DNA of 64,000 nucleotides, taken from sequence record OZ196285.1; one strand, 5' to 3'. Positions 26,277-32,248 of the stretch are shown here, piece by piece. Position 1 is the stretch's first letter. Each line of letters starts with the position of its first letter. The position numbers were made by a program, and so were the translations under genes. A model generated the notes under the pieces. The model was not told the DNA's origin. It saw nothing but the letters and a program-made list of their open reading frames with translations, and searched no databases.

Positions 26277-26301
26277 AAAAAAGGACGCTATCTGCGTCCT
26301 C
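26277..26301 (-). terminator. Rho-independent terminator
   Basis: AGGACGC-AGATA-GCGTCCT followed by a T run. Confidence 0.75.
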
Positions 26302-26560
26302 AAGTATACTTCTATGTTATACTATCGGACTACGTTTGTGGATCCCATTTTTGTTCAATGCTCGGATTTGACAGATACACCGCGCCTGTTCGCATAAAAT
26401 CATTGCGTAAAGCTTTAGGTGAATGTGAAATCGAATGTGGCATCAATTGGGTCTCTTTTAACGAAAATTTTAATAAGTTTTTTTTATTCTACAATTGTAC
26501 TTATAAGAGTAAAATCAAGGTTTCGGGCTTTTTTCGCAAAAAACCCGAAAAAATTACAAT

Positions 26561-26800
26561 TTATTTTTTAAAGTGTTCACGCTTGCTGCATTCAGCAAGA
26601 ATTTCATTGTCATAATGATTCTTCAGTTGCTTGAATTTAGCGTGCTGATCAGACGTTAGCTCGTTCTCATCACGTAGGTTCTTCAAGAACCCTAGAGGTT
26701 TACGAAACGACTTGCGATACTCGTCTAGACGCTTGTCAGTTAGACCTACAAGCTGCTTTGGAGTTAGCAACGTTTTATTGATGTCGAATTTATTACTCAT
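26561..26800 (-). CDS. Hypothetical basic protein
   Basis: 79 aa, SD GAGAGG. Confidence 0.7.
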   Translation of the reverse strand: MSNKFDINKTLLTPKQLVGLTDKRLDEYRKSFRKPLGFLKNLRDENELTSDQHAKFKQLKNHYDNEILAECSKREHFKK

Positions 26801-26826
26801 GTGTAACCTCTCATTGTTATAAATGG

Positions 26827-26979
26827 CATAGTTTGCTTTTGCAGTGCACCGTCCCGTTTCTCAATTACTCTGCTCTACAGACGTTAGCTGCTTGATTAAC
26901 AATTGCAGTCGCATTTGGTATAACATGTCGCCATCATCTTCCAGATGAATCTAGCGTATGCACTCAAAAGCAAACTATG
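26827..26979 (-). ncRNA. 153-nt RNA closed by a 21-bp helix with one bulge
   Basis: CATAGTTTGCTTTTG/CAAAAGCAAACTATG is a perfect 15-bp pair, extended by AGTGCA/TGCACT. Confidence 0.55.
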
Positions 26980-26987
26980 TAAAAAAA

Positions 26988-27467
26988 TTATGTTCTAGTG
27001 ATTGTAAACTTACCTTGTCGTTTACCGACGTATTCAAACCCTAGTTGTTCGATGCTCGACTTCATGTTCTTGCTATTCAAAATAGCGTTGTACAATCGAT
27101 CTAGACGCGAATCAAACCCACTGAATACAATCTCATTAATGGTAGGCTTAAACTTGATATATTCAATCGTGACGTACATCACAGAGCCCAACACAGGCGC
27201 TGCGTTATTAGTGCTAACACGTTCTACATTGTAATCATTCCAGTCAGTGCTCTTTATAGAAGAAGCACCAAACACGATTTCATATGAATCACCGTTTCCG
27301 TTTAATGGCGAGGCGCCCCACATGTAGTAGTGACCACCGACTTCAAAATATGTGGTGTCCATTTCGGGATGCATTCTAAATTGCATGTTACTCATATCAG
27401 CATCAGCACCGTATGAAGTAACAGCAGGTCTAATAGATTCAGATAAAAATTGTTCTAATGTTTTCAT
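26988..27467 (-). CDS. Candidate internal head protein
   Basis: MKTLEQFLSES N-terminus; GATAAATA at 27489-27496. Confidence 0.65.
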   Translation of the reverse strand: MKTLEQFLSESIRPAVTSYGADADMSNMQFRMHPEMDTTYFEVGGHYYMWGASPLNGNGDSYEIVFGASSIKSTDWNDYNVERVSTNNAAPVLGSVMYVTIEYIKFKPTINEIVFSGFDSRLDRLYNAILNSKNMKSSIEQLGFEYVGKRQGKFTITRT

Positions 27468-27491
27468 TGAAAACTCCGATTAAACACATAT

Positions 27492-28010
27492 TTATCTAAG
27501 GCTGAACTGCAAGTTGCGCCAATCCCAAGAACTATTGCCTTTGCGATTGTGCCATGCGTGCCAGTCTATTTTAATGGGACAGTTCTTCGAACCGACACGA
27601 GCGTAGAAACGTTCGTATGTGTCAGTCTCTCTAGCCTGCTCTCTAAGCAACTTTTGACGTTCATTGATATAATCACTGCACGCTTTGTTATAGTCTGCCC
27701 TAGAGAACTTGTGTTGCTTACTGCGTTGCGTGCTGAATTTCATATTCAGATAAGGTCGAATCACATTGACGTGAGTACGTGACCATCGCATACTGAAGCT
27801 TTCTTCAGTCTGTCCTAGAATTTCACCAGTCTTCTTGTTGCGTGACAAAAGCACCCAACAGCGTTCACGAGTATAATCAGCCCGTGACATCACATTTACA
27901 GATTCAGTATGACGCATGTTATACAAGCGTCGTACGTCTGAACGAACCCCGGGACTCATTTTGTCTCTAGTCTCACGGTCAAATGCATGTGCAAATCGCA
28001 ATAGTTTCAT
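27492..28010 (-). CDS. Arg-rich hypothetical protein
   Basis: Start moved to MKLLRF at 28010 (SD GAGGA); the longer ORF runs into an ncRNA. Confidence 0.65.
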   Translation of the reverse strand: MKLLRFAHAFDRETRDKMSPGVRSDVRRLYNMRHTESVNVMSRADYTRERCWVLLSRNKKTGEILGQTEESFSMRWSRTHVNVIRPYLNMKFSTQRSKQHKFSRADYNKACSDYINERQKLLREQARETDTYERFYARVGSKNCPIKIDWHAWHNRKGNSSWDWRNLQFSLR

Positions 28011-28023
28011 GATATTTTCCTCT

Positions 28024-28267
28024 TGTCGCCGCCCTGTGGAATCGAACCACTTCAAACACAACACATCATCAACCCGATAAGAGTTTCGAAAGTCAGAGCC
28101 TACCAGCATGTCAGATCTTGAGCTTTTTTTATTGCATCAGAGAAATTCGACTCCCTCTGATCTTTTTCTTATTACTCGCCCGAGTGATTCGCAACGGAAG
28201 TCAGTAATTAATTGACGACTGAAGTAATGTTCGGGAAACACTGCGTATTGTACACCGAGTAGGCGGC
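28024..28267 (-). ncRNA. ~240-nt RNA closed by a tRNA-like acceptor stem and T arm
   Basis: 5' GCCGCCT pairs with 3' GGGCGGC after GTGG-TTCGATT-CCAC; several internal hairpins; dedicated promoter. Confidence 0.6.
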
Positions 28268-28289
28268 ATAATGTTAATTTCTAGACACG

Positions 28290-28318
28290 AGCTTAACGCT
28301 TTTTTTAATGTCTGTCAA
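28290..28318 (-). promoter_or_regulatory. Sigma70 promoter
   Basis: TTGACA-17-TAAGCT just upstream of the 240-nt RNA. Confidence 0.75.
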
Positions 28319-28341
28319 CGTTTATTTTCACTTTTTTAATA

Positions 28342-28419
28342 TGGTGACCCTCGCGGGACTCGAACCCAGCTATCTTTCGGTTATGAGCCGACTGCTTTTA
28401 CCTGTTAAGCTAAAGGGCC
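28342..28419 (-). tRNA. tRNA-Ile2(CAT), lysidine type (alternatively Met)
   Basis: GGCCCTT acceptor and CTCATAA loop as in ileX-type tRNAs; CCA. Confidence 0.8.
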
Positions 28420-28420
28420 A

Positions 28421-28783
28421 TTATGATAACCACTTACCGACTTTAGCCGCGAAGATTGTCGATTCTTCATTTATCAGTGCAGTGCTCTTGATTTGATGAA
28501 ACGCATCTTGTTGATGCATCTGATCAAGCTTGTGAGCGCACTTGGCTAAGTCTTTAATCGTTTTCATTATTTCTTCTGTATCGAGTTGAGACGTTAAGGG
28601 ATGATGCACTAGATCGTCTAGCACAGCTTCTATCTGCCCGTAACAGCCCATACCGATGAAGTTAACAATAAGTCGATACTTCATTTCAACAGAGAACGAA
28701 CAATGCTTTCTCAGATTGCGTTTTACAACTTCACAACGAGTCAAGCATACATCTAGTTCTGTCTTAATTGCGTCAAACGGCAT
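28421..28783 (-). CDS. Hypothetical protein
   Basis: 120 aa, SD AGGTGA. Confidence 0.65.
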   Translation of the reverse strand: MPFDAIKTELDVCLTRCEVVKRNLRKHCSFSVEMKYRLIVNFIGMGCYGQIEAVLDDLVHHPLTSQLDTEEIMKTIKDLAKCAHKLDQMHQQDAFHQIKSTALINEESTIFAAKVGKWLS

Positions 28784-28800
28784 ATTGTCACCTTTTTAAA

Positions 28801-28923
28801 TGGTGGAGAGTAGTGGATTCGAACCACTGACCTAAAGACCCATTCGTTTTAATGTTTGCAGCATGAATGCTTTACAGAATTCTTTTAACATTCTTTTGCT
28901 CTACCAAACTGAGCTAACTCTCC
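28801..28923 (-). ncRNA. 123-nt tRNA-like RNA with an expanded anticodon domain carrying CTGCAA (element E)
   Basis: Perfect acceptor GGAGAGT/ACTCTCC-A-CCA, canonical D and T arms, AAAGA/TCTTT stem enclosing about 53 nt. Confidence 0.8.
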
Positions 28924-28935
28924 AGAAAAAACACA

Positions 28936-29057
28936 TTGATGCGGGTGCAGGATTCGAACCTGCGTCACGATCTTATGAATGATATGCGATTTGATTGCTG
29001 AATACAAGTTTGTCAACTTGCGTTTGCTACGTGTGCTAACCACTACACCAACCCGCA
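28936..29057 (-). ncRNA. 122-nt tRNA-like RNA with an expanded anticodon domain carrying CAGCAA (element F)
   Basis: TGCGGGT/ACCCGCA acceptor, D-like arm, T arm GCAGG-TTCGAAT-CCTGC; ends CAA rather than CCA. Confidence 0.8.
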
Positions 29058-29100
29058 TCAATGTGTTCTTGTGATGCTACGAATCAACGTAGCATCCGAA

Positions 29101-29233
29101 CCTGTTTTATATTGCCTTAGCTAACTAACATAATCTGAAATCATGCGCTTTAATATAGGGAGGCGTCCCCATTCGCACAGTTAGCATAGAAAAGCTATAC
29201 ACCCATTCTTCTATCATGTCCAAGGCAAACAGG
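29101..29233 (-). ncRNA. ~130-nt nested-helix RNA
   Basis: Nested pairs CCTGTT/AACAGG, TGCCTT/AAGGCA, GCTAACT/AGTTAGC and TGCG/CGCA. Confidence 0.45.
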
Positions 29234-29301
29234 ACTATGAAAACGAGTGCGAGAAAATAGACAATCAAATTGCATTACCTCGCTAATTTATGAAAGCACA
29301 T

Positions 29302-29423
29302 TGGTCGAGTGTACTAGAATCGAACTAGTCCCACGATCTCCTAATGATATGCTAAATTGGTTGCTGAATACAAGCTTGTCAACTTGCGTTATGCTACGTG
29401 TGCTGCCACTACACCAACACTCG
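29302..29423 (-). ncRNA. 122-nt tRNA-like RNA, paralogue of element F (element G)
   Basis: CGAGTGT/ACACTCG-A-CCA, T arm ACTAG-TTCGATT-CTAGT; insert nearly identical to element F. Confidence 0.8.
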
Positions 29424-29440
29424 ACCAATATGCTTTCTAT

Positions 29441-29591
29441 TTCTTTTAAATGTGCGCTACTTGCACGACGACTGAGCGAATCTTAACTCAGCTAGTTTTT
29501 GTTCGATGTGTCCGCGGCTAAGCTTCTCACCTGCTTGTCAGAACTTACCTGACCCCATGTATTCATTGCGTCTAGCGCACATTTAAAAGAA
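29441..29591 (-). ncRNA. ~113-nt structured RNA inside a perfect 19-bp inverted repeat
   Basis: TTCTTTTAAATGTGCGCTA/TAGCGCACATTTAAAAGAA; inner GTCAG/CTGAC and CTGAG/CTCAG hairpins. Confidence 0.6.
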
Positions 29592-29604
29592 TTCTTATCT
29601 TCAG

Positions 29605-29826
29605 TAAAGAGCAGAAACGATAAGACTAGTCTGTTTATTCAAGAGTGTTCATCTTCAAGAAGAGGCGAAAACGATGAACTTAGTTCGCTTAATCAACTGT
29701 GTTAATCTTAGCAGCATTTTCGCTGAAGTCAAACACTTTTCAAATTTCTTTCATCGAATCAAGAGTTTGTGTTGCTATCTCTCGACTCGATGAAATACAT
29801 TCTACAGGCTTTTGAACGTAAGTCAA
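29605..29826 (-). promoter_or_regulatory. rrn-like leader with tandem promoters and boxA
   Basis: TTGACT-16-TAGAAT (29799-29826), TTGACT-16-TAAGAT (29705-29732), hairpins, then TGCTCTTTA (29605-29613). Confidence 0.65.
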
Positions 29827-29844
29827 ACACTTTTTTCAATCTTT

Positions 29845-30117
29845 TTACGATTGAATGATAATGCCGCTTTCCGTCTCACCGCGCTCTAGTGCTGCATGTT
29901 TAATTTGCAACTGAGAGACTGCGTGCTGAAGCTCAGTGATCGTCTGGTCATATAGCTTCATGTTGCTTTGCATGTGTTTGATTTGATCGCTCTGCAAACC
30001 CATGATGTACGTTAGTAGAATGATGCTCTCATTATCTTCAAGAGATTCGGGAGCTTTATTGTACTTGTCTAGTACGCTTTGCAGTGTGACACCGCCAAGA
30101 TTAGTTTCATCAGCCAT
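29845..30117 (-). CDS. Hypothetical coiled-coil protein
   Basis: 90 aa, overlaps the end of 57B. Confidence 0.7.
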   Translation of the reverse strand: MADETNLGGVTLQSVLDKYNKAPESLEDNESIILLTYIMGLQSDQIKHMQSNMKLYDQTITELQHAVSQLQIKHAALERGETESGIIIQS

Positions 30118-30565
30118 TGTCTTCCGTCCACCTTAGGTCTAGTGGTTCGACGTATTCATCGACTAAGCGAATTTCAGCGTCTACTTGTAAAGGAGTGATT
30201 GCATCATCATACGATAGTGTGACGTGCGGTGAGTAGTCAGGGTAGTCGTGAGTACCGCCGATAGAGATAAGATCGTCGTGACGTTCTGTAAGCTCAGGAC
30301 AAACAAGTTTTGCAACGACTGCAAACTTACCGTCCTGAGTTTTCCAACAATCAATATAAGTCACTTTAGCAACGAACACTGTATCAACAGTAGGTACGTC
30401 AACTTGTTTGCGGCTGTATAGAGTTGTTACGTGAAACTTCTCAGGGTCTAAAGGGTTTTCTAGACGAAGAGTTGTTTGCAAGCGAACTAACTCTTGCTTA
30501 CTCGCTTCGTCTAGTTTGATACCAACGTACGTTCCCTGACTTTCAAGGAACGTAGATAGTTTCAT
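30110..30565 (-). CDS. 57B: gp57B 2H-phosphoesterase (Acb1-like)
   Basis: Two HxT motifs (FHVTTLYS, PHVTLSY); position after 57A. Confidence 0.9.
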   Translation of the reverse strand: MKLSTFLESQGTYVGIKLDEASKQELVRLQTTLRLENPLDPEKFHVTTLYSRKQVDVPTVDTVFVAKVTYIDCWKTQDGKFAVVAKLVCPELTERHDDLISIGGTHDYPDYSPHVTLSYDDAITPLQVDAEIRLVDEYVEPLDLRWTEDNG

Positions 30566-30834
30566 TATTCTGCTTCTTCTTCTGTAGTTTCAGCAGGGCG
30601 TTCAGCCTTGCCAGTTAGAATCGCGATTTCGTCAACGTAATTTTGAAGCGAACCTGCTTTCTCTTGATCGAAATCTAGAAGTTGTGCTAGTACACCAACG
30701 AACTGACCGAATGATTGACGTTCAGCAGAAAGTGCTTCTTGTGTGTCGAACTGACGTACTTTCAGATCTTTTACTTGACCTTGTAGCTGTTCGATTACTT
30801 GTTCTGGAGTTGCTTGTTGTGACATGTTATTCAC
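30565..30834 (-). CDS. 57A: gp57A tail-fibre chaperone
   Basis: Coiled coil, LK.R.FD..E motif, synteny between 1 and 57B. Confidence 0.8.
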   Translation of the reverse strand: MNNMSQQATPEQVIEQLQGQVKDLKVRQFDTQEALSAERQSFGQFVGVLAQLLDFDQEKAGSLQNYVDEIAILTGKAERPAETTEEEAE

Positions 30835-31474
30835 CTATAGTTAAATTGTCGATTTGTTCATAAAGCTCTTCAAGTGAGCCGTTATTGTCTATTTGAACTG
30901 CGGTCTTAATATGACCAAGTTCTGTGTCGCTAATGTGATTTGATGCAAGCGAACCGTTTCGGTTAACTTGAAGCATCGTGCCACCAAGCTCATATACTAA
31001 ATTCAATTCGTTTTCGAATCGCACATCAGTAATTATAAACGTTAAATCAGCGTTGTTAAACACCATTTCGTTATATTTGTTTCTAGCGTAATTAACCCAA
31101 TGTTGATCGTCGATTGAGCGTGCTACGTCAGTACCAGCCATTTGCAATAAGTCGCGAATGCTGAATAATCCGATGTGAGGCAACAAGCAGTAATATACGT
31201 AATGCCAGTCAGCGTCTACATTGGCGTATTCGCAACATTGCAATACGATTTCAATAGATTCATCAAGTGAGAAAGTCGGGACTTCTCTGTCAAAATTATC
31301 TTGCCCATCAATGTCTGCATACGAATATCCGTATTCTGCAAGCCCGATAAGCAACCCTTCTTTAATAGGATCAGCGAATTTGTAAATAAACGTCTGATCA
31401 CTATGAGTTTCTTTAATGGCATGTGCTACGGTGTCTTTGCCCGAGCGTTTTTGTCCATTTATTCCTATAATCAT
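30827..31474 (-). CDS. 1: gp1 deoxynucleoside monophosphate kinase
   Basis: IIGING.KRSGKDT, FADPIK, R.LLQ..GT, ITDVRF.NE and HISD motifs. Confidence 0.95.
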   Translation of the reverse strand: MIIGINGQKRSGKDTVAHAIKETHSDQTFIYKFADPIKEGLLIGLAEYGYSYADIDGQDNFDREVPTFSLDESIEIVLQCCEYANVDADWHYVYYCLLPHIGLFSIRDLLQMAGTDVARSIDDQHWVNYARNKYNEMVFNNADLTFIITDVRFENELNLVYELGGTMLQVNRNGSLASNHISDTELGHIKTAVQIDNNGSLEELYEQIDNLTIGE

Positions 31475-31506
31475 AATGATACCAGTTGTGTGTTGTTCAT
31501 AACGTA

Positions 31507-31535
31507 ATTATAGACGGAAAGCAGGTGATTCTAAA
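31507..31535 (-). promoter_or_regulatory. Early promoter
   Basis: TTTAGA-17-TATAAT. Confidence 0.7.
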
Positions 31536-31557
31536 CAATATGGCAATGCGTCGCTCA

Positions 31558-31621
31558 TTTCTCTAATATCTCTAATTTCCCTAATACCCCTAAGTGTACT
31601 AATACTACTAAGATGATGCGG
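31558..31621. repeat. Six tandem 9-bp iteron-like units plus GATGATGCGG, copy 1
   Basis: Units end in CTAA at 9-bp period; an inverted copy lies at 57561-57624. Confidence 0.85.
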
Positions 31622-31683
31622 TTTTTTCGAGCCAAGGCTCTCCAACCGACACCAGTCAAATCCTGCCGCTATCGCTCAGTCCT

Positions 31684-31705
31684 AAAAAAGCCCCTATTCG
31701 GGGCT
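31684..31705 (-). terminator. Terminator after gene 3
   Basis: AGCCCC-GAATA-GGGGCT followed by a T run on the minus strand. Confidence 0.8.
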
Positions 31706-31714
31706 ATTATTGAG

Positions 31715-32248
31715 CTAGGGAGTTATCGGACTTATAATAACTTCAGTTCCATCGACTTTATGAACCATTTCAAAGTAAGCATATTCGAAATCAACATCGC
31801 AGGTAACTGCTTCAACATCACCTGCTTCTGTGTAGTTCCATTCAACAGCACTTAGACTCTTAGGGAATGCGTTGATGAATCGATATGTTGCTACGATATG
31901 TTCCTTGTTATTGTCTAGTACATGCAGCAACAACGTAACTGGTACAATGCCATCACTTGTACTTGCACCTGTTGGGTTGTTCATTGTTATCATCCAACGA
32001 TACAACTCAGCATATGCTTTCATGTCTTCATCGACTAGAAATTGAATCGATAGGTCGTCGTAACTTGTACCTGAACCTGCAACGTTGTTGTTTGCTAGTT
32101 TAGCGTACTTCGGACCTCGATTGATACTTGCTACTTCCATATTGACACCAGGGATAGTGGCAGTTTGAATCTGCCACACGAACGTACCCGTTGCGTTGTT
32201 ATCTGGTACATCAATACGGAAATTGCTTTTCGTAGTAATGTTTTTCAT
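31715..32248 (-). CDS. 3: gp3 tail tube terminator
   Basis: Q.A.IPG, YDDLSI.FLVDED...Y.ELY.W and V.F.Y..F motifs. Confidence 0.9.
   Translation of the reverse strand: MKNITTKSNFRIDVPDNNATGTFVWQIQTATIPGVNMEVASINRGPKYAKLANNNVAGSGTSYDDLSIQFLVDEDMKAYAELYRWMITMNNPTGASTSDGIVPVTLLLHVLDNNKEHIVATYRFINAFPKSLSAVEWNYTEAGDVEAVTCDVDFEYAYFEMVHKVDGTEVIISPITP

Noticed and set aside
26440-26560. AT-rich stretch as a replication origin
   Set aside because: Only A/T runs and a terminator-like hairpin are present, with no iterons; the evidence is insufficient.
28024-28267. tmRNA
   Set aside because: Too short, no G3:U70, no encoded CCA and no clear tag ORF; kept as an unknown tRNA-like RNA.
28801-29423. Group I or II introns in tRNA genes
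   Set aside because: The inserts are only 50-60 nt, with no catalytic core.
29247-29486. 79-aa plus-strand ORF across element G
   Set aside because: It is antisense to a tRNA-like RNA with compensatory stems, and has no SD or promoter support.
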